From the human T2T-CHM13v2.0 reference genome, Homo sapiens: 64,000 nucleotides of DNA. Each line of letters starts with the position of its first letter. Position 1 is the first letter of the stretch. Shown here in pieces: positions 1-14,709 of the stretch. Both the position numbers and the translations under genes were made by a program. The stretch lies in assembly GCF_009914755.1 (NCBI RefSeq), contig NC_060944.1. One strand, 5' to 3'. The notes below the pieces were generated by a model. That model made no database searches, was not told the DNA's origin, and was given only the letters and a program-made list of their open reading frames with translations.

Positions 1-110
1 GAGTGCAGTGGCATGATCGTAGCTTACTTGATCTCTTGGGCTTATGAGATCCTCCCACCTCAGCCTCCTGAGTAGCTGGGACTACAGGAATAAGCCACTG
101 CATGTGAACC
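1..110 (-). mobile_element. Alu monomer fragment (FLAM/AluJ-like), cut by window edge
   Basis: gagtgcagtggc...cctcccacctcagcctcctgagtagctgggactacagg matches antisense Alu. Confidence 0.85.
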
Positions 111-823
111 AACTTGGACATTTTAAATTATCCTTTCTAATTCAATGTTTTATCTCCCTGGTTGTGCTATTTACCTTTATTACTTTATCACATGCAACTA
201 CCACTTCATTGCCTAATTTGATTTTGCATTATGTTTCCCCTTGTCTTTTCTGGATCTTGCTATAATTCTTTTGTCATTTTTTGAAACAAGGCTTCTTTTA
301 AAAAAGAGACTTGCATGTTGTAACACTTAGGGATTGCATTTGGATGCATACAACAAACATCCAACTATCATGGTTAAGTCAGGGGTTTTTTTTTACAGAG
401 TATAGGGCTGACAGCAGTTCTATTATGCCTTCAATACTGCAATTTCTTTCCTCATTCTTTTAATCCTCAATTGTCCTATGGTAGAAGGGAGTGTTTGGCC
501 TTAGGTAGACAGAGGAAAAGACTCTTCCAGCTTCTATTGATCTCTAAGGGCATTTAATTCATGACACTTATTATACCATGGAGCCATATTTTGGAGTGAA
601 GCCTCCTACCCTCCTTCATTAGTTTGTCCTTTACAATAGTAGATCAGAAGTACTTTGAGGAGAAAAACAGAAAATGATAATTAAATCAGAAGAGGTCACT
701 TTTTAATAATGAAAAGATTTTGGTTTTAGAGATGTCAGTTATGAAGGGGGAGATTTTTAGGAGATTGGAAAGAGATTATTAGGACTTAGGAAAACGAATT
801 GTTCCTGAGAGTAAATCTCAATT

Positions 824-932
824 CTTTTCTTCTTCTTCTTCTTTTTTTTTTTTTTTTTTAGTTATGGTAATACCCAGATGTAGGTTCCAAAGGTAACCAA
901 CTGAGGAAAAAGAAAAGAAAAGAAAAGAAAAA
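824..932. repeat. (CTT)n/poly-T tract and (GAAAA)n tract separated by ~47 bp
   Basis: Directly visible low-complexity runs. Confidence 0.9.
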
Positions 933-1179
933 GCAAGTGAAAATAACTACCAAAAGATGGGAGAAGGGGACGGTAAGGTGCAATGTGAGATTACAATCTT
1001 TTATAGGAGAAAGACTACAGCTAAGATTTATAGTAGAGAGGCCAAGTAAAGATAATACAGTAGAAGTTTCTTGAGTGAGCTTCTTACTGGATTCACATCT
1101 CCTTACTGGGTTAACATATCTGTCATTTTCCAATGTTAGCTGAATCCCTCCAGTTGAGCTGTTTTCTCAAACCTGATTA

Positions 1180-1560
1180 TAGCAGTTGCACTCTGTACTG
1201 CAATTATGTAATTAAATTAAATCTTATCTATTCTGATAAATGAATAAAGGGAGAGAGATTTTTCCACAAAAAAAGTGATTCTAAATGCTTTGGAAAAACT
1301 TGATAAATTTGGTTCATTAAAATGATATTAATGAAGTAAAGATAGATGAAACAACTGGAAAATTAGGGAAAATGATTGAAGTATGGAAAGATTTGGTTGT
1401 TATATTATTTTGCAGGTATCTAAATTCTGTATCCACTTTTAAGAAAGAAAATCTGTATATTATAGAAGTTGTATTCTGGTATGATCGATGGAGAAAAAGC
1501 AAAGCAGAATTCGATTCTGCAAACGCATATTCCAAGTACAGACAAAGACTGTAGTAATGT
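1180..1560 (+). mobile_element. Ancient Tigger (TcMar) DNA-transposon remnant
   Basis: aatgctttggaaaaacttgataaa...gaaacaactg...ccacttttaagaaagaaaatctg resembles the decayed CENP-B-like HTH region of old Tigger consensuses (from memory). Confidence 0.5.
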
Positions 1561-1889
1561 ATATATGTCACCCTGGTAACTTATGAGAAATTCACACCTT
1601 AAGGGCGCTAAGAGGCTTGCTTTTAACAGACTCTGTAGAAAATCTATTTTAAATTGATATTTTTGACATGAACAATAACGTGATAATATGCTTATTGTAC
1701 AGATGTGGATTTTGAATAGTAGATTTTCTTAGAGCAAAGGCCAGTGTACGTTACTTCCTGTGTAGCATACATCTCATCAATAGATCCTCCTTGTCTCCTA
1801 AAGGAGAACGTTCAAATCCCCTTGACAGGCACGGGATGGGGGATTTTATGTACTTGACACTCTTTGCATCACTTCATCTCCCACCCTTT

Positions 1890-2330
1890 TCCCACAGCAC
1901 ACTGTACTCCAGTGAATCCAAACTGGTCACTTTTCAGGGAAAAATTTCCTGTTGCTTGCCTTGCTTTTGTTATATGTGCAGTTCATTTTTTTCTAAAACA
2001 TTTTTCTTCCCAACTTTCTGCTTAGTAAATTCTACTGTTGCTTCAGTATTCAACATGAATTTTTATTACTTCTCTGGTGTCATCCCAGCTCCTCCCCCTA
2101 CCCACGTACATACCTCACACTTGTCACACACATAATTAAGTGCTTCCCTCTTTCCGAATTCATAGAATGCCATAAATGCTTCGATTTTATCATTAACCCT
2201 TGCTTGATAACTGGGATTTATTTGATCTTTCTTCCAACTAGACTCTGGCATGGCAGAAGCCAAGAGTTGTACATTGTTCAATCATTTAATCCCTGTCTTC
2301 CAGAGCAGTGACTGGTCCATAACAGTTCTG
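1890..2330 (+). mobile_element. L2 3' fragment
   Basis: Pyrimidine-rich L2-type tail, including caactagactc...gcagaagccaagag...cagagcagtgactgg. Confidence 0.55.
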
Positions 2331-2564
2331 CTATTATTATTTTTATATTCAGCAGTTTTTGGCATGTAATGCCAATATTATCTGATCGTGTCAAACATTT
2401 CCAGTGCTTTTTAACCCTAGTATTTTACCTGGGAAAAAATATATTTTTTCACATGAGACTTTAGATAGTTTTGTATATTTGTTAACTCATAATCGCTCAG
2501 AAATATCTGATAAACCTAATAAAGACAAGATGTATCCTGACTGAGAAAAACTACTATTGAGACT

Positions 2565-3297
2565 TCTTAACTCATCAGGAAATAAAATTAAAACCACAAT
2601 GAGATACCACTACAAATCCATCACGATAGCTAAAATTAAAATACAAAATTAAAAAAAACAACGCTTTTGGCTAGTATATAGAACAATCAGAAATTTCATA
2701 TACAGCTGCTAAGAGTACAGATTGGTATACCAACTTTGAAAACCATTTGGCTGTTTCTAAAATTCAAGAAGAGCATACCCCATGCCTCATAATTGCCCTC
2801 CTAAGTGTGCATATGATATATATGTGTACGTTATGTTTAGTAAAATACATATATTAGAAAGTTCATGGCTGCTATTCATAATAGCCACAAGCTAAATACT
2901 ACACCAAAATTCAACAATGGAATGGATAACTAAATTATGGGAAATCAAACAATGAAATATTACACTACAATGAGAATGAGTCATCTGCAATTACACACAA
3001 TGGCATGGATTAATCTCATAAACTTGATGTTGTCTGAAAGAAACCAGCCACAAAAAGTGTACTGTATTTTTACATTTTTATGAAGTACAAAAATGGGCAT
3101 AACTAATTTATGCTGCTAGAAGTTGAGGTAGTGATTACCCTTGGCCAAGAGTAGACTGTAAGGAGGCACAAAGGGAACTGCAGGGACACTGTGATGTTTT
3201 ATTTCTCAAGGCAGGTACTGATTTAGTTTGTAGGAATTCATCAAGCTCGAATATATTATTTATTGTATGTATGCTGTACTTCAATTAAAAAAAAAAT
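2565..3297 (+). mobile_element. L1ME/L1MC-type 3' end
   Basis: aaattaaaaccacaatgagataccactac (ORF2 end), then an old 3'UTR ending ttcaattaaaaaaaa. Confidence 0.85.
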
Positions 3298-3300
3298 GTA

Positions 3301-3589
<289 letters not shown>

Positions 3590-4555
3590 CTATGGAGTGA
3601 TGTACACTCCATAGTGTACATATGGTTCTATTGGTCCAGAGGTTGGTTTAATGTCATCTATGTCTGTGGTTCCCTGTACGTTATAGATACAACAACTTCT
3701 TTGTTTTTACTTTTTCAAACTCACAGGTTATTTTTTAATTTTTGTGGATACATAGTCGGTGTATATATTTATGAGGTACATGAGATGATTTGATATGGGC
3801 ATGTAATTTGTAATAACCTTATCATGGAGAATGGGGTATCTATCACCTCAAGCATTCTCTTTTGTGTTATAAACAATCCAATTATAATCTTATTATTTTT
3901 AAGTGTACAATTACTATTGATTATAGTCACCCTGTTGTGCTATCAAATCGTAGGTCTTATTCATTCTTTCTGTTTTTTTTTGTACCCATTAATCATCCTC
4001 ACCTCGCCCTTACACCTCCCACTACCTTTCCCAGCTTCTGGTAACGATGCTTTTACTCTCTATGTCCATGAGTTCCCTTGTTTTGACTTTTAGATCCCAC
4101 ACACACATACAAATGAGAACATGTGATGTGTGTCTTTCTGTGCCCGGCTTATTTTACGTAATAAAATGAACTCCAGTTCCATCCGTGTTGTTGCAAGTAA
4201 CAGGATCTCATTCATTTTAATAGCTGAACAGTACTCCATTGTGTATATATATCACATTTTCCTCATCCATTCATCTTGATGAACTCTTAGGTTGCTTCCA
4301 AGTCTTGGCTATTTCGAACAGTGCTGCAACAAATATGGGAGTGCAGACATCTCTTCAGTATACTAATTTCCTTTCTTTGGTGTTACCTCAGCAGTGGGAT
4401 TGCTGGATCACACGGTAGCTCAATTTTTTTTGGAGGGGGGGAATATCCCAACTCTTTTCCATAGAGGTTGTACAATCCCACCAACAGTGTATGAGCTTTC
4501 CCTTTTCTCCACATCCTGGCTAGCATTTGTTTTTGCCTGTCTTTTGAATATAAGC

Positions 4556-4976
4556 TGTATTAGGCTTTTCTTGCATTGCTATAAAGAAATACTTGAGACC
4601 GGACAAAATATCAAGAAAGGAGATTTAATTGTCTAATGGTTATGCAGGCTGTACAAGCAAGGCAACAACCATCTTCAGGGGAGAACTCAGGGACCTTTTA
4701 CTCATAGCAGAAGACGAAGTGGGAGCAGGCACATCACATGGCAAAAGCAGAAGCAAGAGAGCAAAGCGAAAGCTGTTACACACTTTTAAACGAACAGATC
4801 TAATGAAAACTCACTCACTATCTTAAAGACACTACTAAATGGGATGGTACTAAACCATTCATTAGAAATGTGCCCCTGTAATTCAGTTAGCTCCTACCAG
4901 GCTCCACTTCCAACCCTGGAGGTGGATTATGTTTTAATATGAGATTTTGGTGGAGACACAGATCCAAACCATATCA
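4556..4976 (-). mobile_element. MST-type MaLR solo LTR nested in L1
   Basis: tgtattagg...ccaaaccatatca termini; 5-bp TSD taagc at 4551-4555 and 4977-4981. Confidence 0.93.
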
Positions 4977-6367
4977 TAAGCCATTTTAACTGGGGTGAGA
5001 TGATATCTCATTGTAGTTTTGATTTGCATTTCTCTGATGATCAATAATGTTGAGCACCTTTTCTAATGCCTGTTTGCCATTTGTATGTCTTCTTTACAAA
5101 AATGTTTATTCAAATATTTTGTTAATTTTTTGATTAGATTATTATGCTTTTTTTCCCACAGAGTTGTTAAAGCTCCTTATGTATTTTGGATATTAATCCC
5201 TTGTCAAATGGGTAGTTTGCATATATTTTCTCCCATTCTGTGGACTGTCTCTTCACTTTGTTGATTGTTTCCTTTGCCATGAAGAAGCTTTTAATTTGAT
5301 ATGATCCCATTTGTCCATATTTGCTTTGTTGCCTATGCTTTTGGAAGATTATTTAAGAAATTTTTGCCCAGACCAATGTCTTGAAGATTTTTTCCAACGT
5401 TTTCTTTGTGTAGTTTTGCATTTTGATATCTTAGATTTGATCTGTATATATGGCATGTGTATATGGCATGAAATAGGAGTATAGTTTTATTCTTCTGCAT
5501 ATGGATATCTATATCCAGCATCATTTATTGAAAAGACTGTCTTTTTGCCAGTAGGTGTTCTTGGCGCCTATGTCAAAAATGAGTTCACTTTAGGTGTGTG
5601 GATTGTTTCTGAGCTCTCTGTTATGCTCTGTTGATTTAAATATCTGCTTTTATGCCAGTACCATGCTGTTTTAGTTACTAGAGCCCTCTAGAATAATTTG
5701 AAGTCAGGTAATGAGATTCCTCAGTTTTGTTCTTTTGCTTAAGATAGCTTTGGTTTTTCTGGGTCTTTTATGGTTCCATGTAAATTTTAAGATTGTTTTT
5801 TCTATTTCTGTGAAGAATGTCATTGGGATTTTGACAGGAATTGCATTAAAGCTCTAGATTGCTTTGGGTAGTATGGACGTTATAACAATATTTTTCTTCC
5901 AATCCATGCACATGGAATATCTTTCAATTTTTTTGTGGTCTCTTTAGTTTCTTGTATCAGTGTTTTATAGTTTTCATCATAGAGATCTTTCACTTCTTTG
6001 GTTAATTCCTAGGTATTTAATTTTGTCTGTGGCTATAAGAAATGAAATTACTTTTTAATTTCTTTTTCAGATGATTCACTGTTGACATACAGAAATGCTA
6101 TTACTTTTGGTATGTTGATTTGTGTTCCACAACTTTACTGAATCTGTTTATTAGTTCTATTAGTTTTTTGGTGGAGTCTTTAGGTTTTTCCAAATATAAG
6201 ATAGTATCATTTGCAAACAAAGATAATTTGACTTCTTCCATTACAGTTCGGATGTCGTTTACTTTTTCTTCTGTTTGATTGCTCTAGCTAGTACTTCAGT
6301 ACCATATTTAATAACAGGGGTGAAAGTGGGCATCCTTGTCATTTTCTAGATCTTAGAAGAAAGGCTT

Positions 6368-7024
6368 TCAGTTTTCCCCATTCAGTATGATACTAGATAT
6401 GCATCTGTTGTATATGGCTTTTATTATGTTGAAGTATGTTCCTTTTATGCCTAGTTTTTTTAGGGTTTTTATTATGAAGGGATGTTGAATTTTATCAAAT
6501 GCTTTTTCAGCATCAATTGATATGATCATATGATTTTTGACCTTCATTCTGTTGACATGATATATCACATTGATTAATTTGCATATGTTGAACCATCCTT
6601 GCATCCCAGAGATAAATCCCTCTTGGTCATGATGAATCACCTTTTTAATGCATATTGTTGCATACAGTTTGCTAGTATTTTATTGAGGAATTTTGCATCA
6701 ATATTCATTAGATATATTAGCCTGTAGTTTTCTTTTTTGATGTGTCTTTGGTTTTGGTATAAGGGTAATACTGGCCTCATAGAATGAGTTTGGAAGTATT
6801 CTCTTTTCTTTTATTTTTTGGAATAGTTTGAGTAGGATTAGTATTAGTTTTTCTTTAAATATTTGGTAGAATTCAGTTATAAATGCCTCACGTCCCAGGC
6901 TTTTCTTTACTTGGAGAGTTTTTATTATTGTTTTGATAACAGTATGTGTTATTGGTCTGAACAGGTTTTGGATTTCTTCATGGTTCAATCTTGGCAGGTT
7001 ATATGTGTCTAGGAATATGTTCAT
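6368..7024 (-). pseudogene. Disrupted L1 ORF2 reverse-transcriptase fragments
   Basis: ORF-track peptides match L1 ORF2p ([16 protein letters not shown]; GMQGWFNI; [11 protein letters not shown]) and are broken by stops and frameshifts. Confidence 0.92.
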
Positions 7025-9480
7025 CTCTTCTAGATTTTCCAGTTCATTGGCATACAGTTGCTCATAGTAGCCACTAATGATTCTTTAAATTTCTGCTGTA
7101 TCAGTTGTAATGTTTTCTGTTTTCATTTTTGATTTTATTTATTTGAATCTTCTCTCCCTTTTCCTTAGTTAGTCTGACTAAAGGTTTGTCAATTTTAACT
7201 TTTAAAAAAAAAAACAACTTTTTGTTTCACTCATGTTTTATATTGTTTTCATTTCAATTTCTTTCATTTGTGCGCTGAACTATATTATTTCTTTTCTTCT
7301 GTTAATTTTGCATTTGGTTTGCTCCTTCTTTGCAAGTTCTTTAAGATGAATCCTTAGGTTGTTTAAGTTTTTCTTCTATTTTGACGTAGGCATTTTTTGC
7401 TATAAACTTCCATTTTGGTACTGCTTTTGCTATATCCTGTAAGTTTTGGTATGTTGCATTTCCATTATCATTTGTTTCTAGAAACTTTTCAATTTCCCTC
7501 TTTTTTCATTGACCCACTGGTCATTCTGGAGTATATCGTTTAATTTCCATGTATTTGTGTAGTTTCATTTTATTGTATATAGTTTTATTCAATTGTGGTC
7601 AGAGAGATGGTTGATACTATTTCATTTTCTTTTGAATGTTTGAACACTTGTTTTGTGACCTAATATGTGGTCTATTCTTGAGAACAATCTATGTGCTGAG
7701 AAAAAGAATGTGTATTCTGCAGCCATTAGATGAAGTTCCACTTGGTCTATAGTGCAGTTAAGTCTAATGTGTCTTTGTTGATGTTGTGTCTGGAAGATCT
7801 ATCCAATGATGAAAGTGGGGTATTGAAGTCTCCAGCTATCATTGTATCAGAGTCTATCTCTCTCTTTAGCTCTATATTTGCTCTGTTTACATGGGTACTC
7901 CAGTGTTGGGGGAATATATATTTAAAATTCGTATATTCTGCTGCTGAATTTACCCCTTTATCACTATATTGTCACCTTCTTTATCCCTTCTTATAGCTTT
8001 TGTCTTGAAGTCTATTTTGTGTAACTACTCTTGCTCCATATTGGTTTCCATTAGAAAGGAATACCTTTTTCCATCCCTTTGTTTTCAGTCTATGTGTTTC
8101 TTTATAGGTGATGTGTATTTCTAATAGATAATAGATCATTGGCTTTTGGATATTTAATCCATTCAGCCACTCTACATCTTTTGATTTGGGTGTTTAATCC
8201 ATTTACATTCAATGTTTTTATTGATAAATAAGCACTTACCCCTGTCATTTTGCTATTTGTTTTCTTTTTAATTTTTTTTGTCTTCCTTTCCTTCTATTTT
8301 TCTTCATGTCTTTCCTTCAGTGGAAGCGGTTTTATCTGGTAATGTAATTTAGTTTCTTGCTTTTTATTTTTTGTGTATCCATTGTATGATTTTTGGTTTG
8401 AGGTTACCACGAGGCTTGCAAATATTATCTTATAACCAATTATTTTAAGCAGATAACAACGGAACACTGTTTGCATAAACAAACTATCAAGCAAAAATAA
8501 AGCTAATAAAAATTCTACTCCTTAGCTTTGTTTGGTTTTTGATAGGTTCATTGTTTAATCTATCTATTTAGGATAGAAGTAGTTTACATACCACAGTGAC
8601 AGTGTTATAGTATTCTGCATTTTTCTGTGTACTCACTATTATTAGTGAGTTTTGTGCCTTCAGGTGATTACTTATTGTTTATTAACATACTCTTTTTTTT
8701 CTGCTCCCTATAGCATTTCTTGCAGGATGGGAGTGGTAATGATGAAATCCCTCAGGTTTCATTTGTCTGAGAAAATCTTTATTTCTCCTTCATATTTGAA
8801 GAATGTTTTTCCAAGATATACTATTCTAGGGTAAAAGTTTTCTTTTCTTCAGTACTTCAAATATGTCATACTATTCTCATCCAGCCTGTAAGGTTTTCGT
8901 TGAAAAGTCTGCTGCCAGATGTATTGCAGTTCCATTTTATGTTATTTGTTTCTGTTCTCTTGCTGTGCTTAGGATCCCTTCTTGATCTTTGAAAGTTTGA
9001 CTATTAAATGCCTTGAGGTAGTCTTGTTTGGGTTAAATCTGCTTTGTGTTTTATAACCTTCTGGTACTTGGCTATTGATATCATTCTCTAGGCTTGGGAA
9101 GTTCTCTGTTACTATCTCTTTGAAAAAACTTTCTACCTCTACCTCTTTCTCTACCTCCTCTTTAAGGCCAATAACTCTTAGATTTGCCCCTTTGAAGCTA
9201 TTTTCTATATCTTGATTTTTTTTCTTTTGTCTTCTCTTACTGTGTATTTTCAAATAGCCTGTTTTCAAGCTCACTAATTTTTTCTTCTACTTGATCAATT
9301 CTGCCATTAAAATACTCTGATGCATTCTTCAGTATGCCAATTGCATTTGTCAGCTCCAGAATTTCTGCTTGATTCTATTCAACTATTTCAATCTCTTTGT
9401 ACAATTTATCTGATATAATTCTGAATACTTTCTATGTGTATGTTAAATTTTTTTTAGTTTCCTCTAAACAGCTGTTTTGA

Positions 9481-9875
<395 letters not shown>

Positions 9876-12364
9876 TTCTGGGTTGTTTTGATGCTTGTAG
9901 ATGTTCATCTGTTTCTGAGCAATGAAGTTACGTATGTATTGTAGTCTTCACAGTCTAGGCTTGTTTGTACATGTGGTCCTTGGAAAGACTTTCCAGATAT
10001 TAAAAATTTCTTGGGTTTTGTGATCTAAGTTACATCTGCTTTAGGGAGCACCCCAAGTCTAGTAACACTGTGGTTCTCACAGACTTGTTGAGGCACTGCC
10101 TTAATGATCTTAAACAAGATCTGAAAGAATTCTCTGGATTAACAGGCAGAGATTCTTGTTCTCTTCCCTTACTTTCTCCCAAACAAATGGGGTTTCTTAC
10201 TCTTCTGAGCCACCTGATTCTGTGGGTGGAGTGACACAAGTACCCTTTTGGCTACCACCATTCTGTTCTGGGTCTGACTTGAAGCCAGTACAGTGCTGGT
10301 TCTCACCCAAAACCTGCTGACACCACTCCTTGGCTACTGCCTATGCTTTCTCAAGGCCCTTAGGCTCTGCAATTATCAGGTGGTAAATTCAGCCAGGCCT
10401 GTGTCCTTCACTTCAAGGCAGTGAGTTCCCTAGGACCTGGGTGGGTACAGAGCTGCTGCCCAGAAGCCAGGGACTACAGTCTGAAATCTTAGAAGTCTAT
10501 TTGGTGTTCTATTGTACTGAGGCTGGGCTGGCACTCAAGCCACAAGACACAGTCTTTCCCACTCTCCACCCCTCCCCCATTTCCAAAGGGTGAGGAGCCT
10601 CACCCCATGGCCACTGCCACCACAGGCCACAGGGAGTACTGCCAGACTGCCACCTATGTTTCCTTAAGTCCTAAGCGCTCTTCAGTCAGCTTGTGGCAAA
10701 TGCTGCCTGGCCTGGGACTTACCCTTCAGGGCACTGGGCTCACCTCTGGCTGAGGGCAGGTCCAGAAATGCCATCGAAGAGTCAAGTGCTGGAATCAGGG
10801 GCCCCAAGAGCCCACTTGGTCCTCTATCTCATTTTGGCTGAGTTGGTACATAAGGTGAAAGACAAAGTCCCCTTTATTTTTCCTTCTTCTTTTCTCAAGC
10901 AGAAGGAGTCTTGCCCCATAGTCACCATAGATGGTAATGTGCTGAGTCTCACCTGAAGTCAGTATGTCTCAGAGTTTCACCCAAGGCCTCAACTAGTACC
11001 TAGGTATCACTGCTGGTTATTCAGGGCCCAAATACTCTTCCGTTAGTAGGTGATGAATGCTGCCAGGACTAGGTCCTTCCCATCAAAGCAGCAAGTTCTC
11101 TCGTGGCCCAGGCTGTATCTAGGAATATCATCTGGGAGCTAGGGCCTGGAAAGGCTGCCTCACAACTCTGACTAGTGCCTTGTCCTGCTGTGGCTAAGCT
11201 AGTATCTAGGATGCAGGACAAAGTCCTCCACACTCTTCCCTCTCCTCTCCTCAAACAGTAGGGAGGGATCTTTTTAGAAGCCATGAGCTGTGTAGATTGG
11301 CGTTAGGAGAGAGGTGATGGCAATACTCCCTTAGCCCCACACTGGCTGGTGTCTCAGTAGGTTGCACGTCCCTTCAGTGGTCTGGCTACAGGCCCAGTTC
11401 AGCACTAGGAGTCACCTGGAATTGCAGCCTAGAATGTCTTTCAAGTTTATTTAGAGCCCCACAGCACTTTAGTCTGTAGTGGCAGGGACTCTGGGAACTC
11501 AAGTTCTGACCGCTGGGATCAGCAATTCCTCTCTAACTAGGGCTGGTTTAAATGCTCTCTCTGTGAGCTGGTGGCAACTGAGTTTGGTCCAGTTTTTCTT
11601 TCTGCTATAATAGCACAGCATTGATTTCAATGCTTCACAATTCCTGTGCTCTCCCTCCTCCAGCACACAGAAACCCTCTCCACAGCAAACTGCTGATTCT
11701 GGGAAATAGAAGAGGGGGTGGCAAAAGCGATTCAAGACTGTTTTTTTGTTCCTCTTTCAGTGATACAAAGTTAAAACAAAGTACTCTGACTGCCCACCTG
11801 ATTTTTGTTCTTGTAAAGGTGCTGTTTTTGTGTAGATAGTTGTTAAATTGGTGTCCTTTTGAGAGGGTAGGGGAATGATTAGTGGAGCCTTCTGTTCCGT
11901 GATCTTGCTCCACGCCAAGCTCACTTATTTAGCACTTAAATGAAAGACTTAATGTTTTGAAATCTTCTACTTGATAATAGCTGCAATGTATTGAGAGAGT
12001 CCTCCACTTCAACCAGGTTAAGCTCAAAGATATAGAGCCAGCGAGTGGCAGGCCCAGTATCTATACCCAGATCTGACTTCAAAACCTACGCTCTATAAAA
12101 CACCTTCTACCAGATAATCCACATTTACTCACTAGTAAATAATTATTTTCCCATGTTTATTAATCAAGGGTATTTAATTTTCCATTAGGCGAATACAGCT
12201 AATATTACCGGAAGAGGTTGATGGAACTGCAGGACTAATGAAGAAAGCCTGACCCATTAGCTTTTATGTCTCGCTATAAACAACTACATTATTTTTCTTT
12301 TGCCTTTGATAAAATTTATATTGCTTTTCCTTTCACTTTATCTGCACATAACCCTGAGTATCTA

Positions 12365-12800
12365 GTTATTTGGATGGGAAGCCAGTATTTCTGGAGTTAT
12401 GCTACAAACATCCCCAAAATCTCAGTGCCTCACAATAAACAAGTTTAATTCTCACTCATAGACCATATGAGCTGTGGGTCTATTTCATTTTCGTTTATTC
12501 TGAGGCAGATAGGATAATCAGCTTCTTTCTGGAATATTGTTAAGCTTGAGGCCAAGGGAACATTCAGTAATAGTAGACTCATGCAATGGCTTCTCACCCC
12601 TCTGCTTGGAAGAGGTGTGCTCACTACTGTCAACATTTTATTGGCTAGAATAAGTCATGTCACCTCAAACAACTCCAGTGGGATAGGGAGCTTTAATCTC
12701 CCCACTAGAAAGGACGCCACAAAATTATAGGGCTAAATCATCTATCAGCCACTAGGTAAGGGACATAGGACAGCAAACATTCGATAGTAATAATACAGGA
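12365..12800. mobile_element. Old MLT1/ERVL-MaLR LTR fragment
   Basis: caaacatccccaaaatctcagtgcctcacaataaacaagtttaattctcactcat and ttattggctagaataagtcatg are typical of old MLT1. Confidence 0.6.
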
Positions 12801-13599
12801 TACTGGAAACATTTTAAGTACTATTTAGCTTCCACTGTATAAATAAAATAACTTACTTGTCTATTAACCGATGGAGAAGCAGCTATATTATTTTGAATTT
12901 TATTGTTACAAACAGTGCTTACAAATCTTTCCTTATAGGCATTCACAAGAGTTTCTCTAAGATAAACACTTAGAAATGCAGTTGTGGGTAATCGTTTCAT
13001 ATGTATCTTTTACTTCAGTAGATCTTGCCAAAGTTTCCTCTAAAATGTTGTTCAACTTTATCCTCTTACCTGCAATACGTAGGAATTTCAGATTCTCTAC
13101 ATAAAACATTTCTATATGTGCTGTTACCAGGTTTCTTTTGGAAATAAATGTTATAGAATGTTAAATCTGGGTGACAGTGACATGACCATTCTATTTCTTT
13201 TCTGTATATTTAAAACATCTCTTAAATCCTAGTTAATCAAATTAATTAATATTTAATAAGAGTATTTTTAAATAAAAATAAAATAAAGAGCAGCCATAGA
13301 AGCAAATTGTTGTGAAGAATTCCTAAAAGTCTCTTGTCATTATCTTCTGAATCATTGAATGATAATAGATGCTTTCTTCTAAATGTTCACACATGCCCTT
13401 CTATTATTTCCTCCTCTATTTGCTAAGCATTTCTTCAAGTACAAACATCCAATAGAAACAAAAAAGACGATTTCTTTGCTGTTTTATGCTATTTAAACTA
13501 CTACTAGATAGAGAAGAATGTGATGCCCCTTTTTCCGTGTTCCTTGGTCACCTGTGCTACTGGAGTGTGTGCACAATTCTGGGGCACATGTCAAGTTTT

Positions 13600-13860
13600 T
13601 TTTTTTTTCCGTCTTTAAACTTCAGCATCTCTCTGCCTGAAGGTTTCTTCTGACTTCAGAAGCATGCTCAACCAACAAGTGGCAAATTAGAAGTGCCAGG
13701 ATGTTAATGTTCCCCAAAACTACCCTCAACCAATTGGCTGCTCTCACAGATTCCTGAAACTCTGCAGGGAGAGTGTTCTAGAATCTCTCAGAGTGTTCTC
13801 TGAAGGATCGAGCCTCAGTTGTCCATGGTGGTAACCCGCCCATTTCTGTACCCTTTTTGG
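13600..13860 (+). mobile_element. LTR16-like ERVL LTR fragment
   Basis: ctctgcctgaaggtttcttctg...agaagtgccaggatgttaatg resembles the LTR16 family (from memory). Confidence 0.5.
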
Positions 13861-14363
13861 TCTTCCTTTGTCAAATTTGTCCTGACATGCATTAAAGTTT
13901 CTTCAGGAAAATAAATTTACCTGAGGACTGACTGCCTTTTAAAATGTTTAAGACATTTAATTAAATGGGGGCTAAAAAAATACTTAATTAAATGGGAGCT
14001 AATCCTTATAGATATTTAATATAATAAAATTAATTTATATTTATGAAAAGTGCAAATTATTGAATTTTCATAAAAATAATTTTATTTTAAGCAAACTTAG
14101 AAAGTTGAACTTGACATTTTAAAAATAATGTGGCTTTAAATTTGCAGCCTTAGTGAATAGAATATCATTTATAACTGAAATTATTAAGAAGTTGTTTCCA
14201 TACAGTAGGCTTCCTGTAGACTTAAAATAACTCACATTCATACTTTTCAACGAAAATACAGAGGTAGAATAGATTTTTTGGAACAGGATTAATGAGAGAA
14301 GTATTTTATGCTATTTTATTTTAATAGGGTAGAGGCAACAAATACGTGTTTAAAGAAGGAAAA

Positions 14364-14709
14364 TGATATGATTTGGCTCTGTGTCCTCACCCAAATCTCA
14401 CCTTGAATTATAATAATCCCCACGTGTCAAGGGCAGGACCAGGTGGAGGTAATTGAATCATGGGGGTGGTTTCCCCATGTTGTTCTTGTGATAGGGAGTT
14501 CCCATGAGATCTGATGATTTTATAAGGGGCTTCCCCTTTGCTCAGCACTCATTCTCTCTCCTGTTGCCCTGTGAAGAGGTGCCTTCCACCATGATTGTAA
14601 GTTTCCTGAGGCCTCCCCAGCCATGTGGAACTGTGAGTCAAACCTCTTTCTCTATAAATTACCCAGTCTTGGGTATTTCCTCAGATCAGCGTGAGAATGG
14701 ACTAATGCA
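14364..14709 (+). mobile_element. THE1 solo LTR
   Basis: tgatatgatttggctctgtgtc...gagaatggactaatgca; TSD gaaaa at 14359-14363 and 14710-14714. Confidence 0.95.

Noticed and set aside
6368-9274. Reverse-transcriptase and ORF1-like reading frames as active genes
   Set aside because: Short fragments broken by stops and frameshifts inside a decayed L1.
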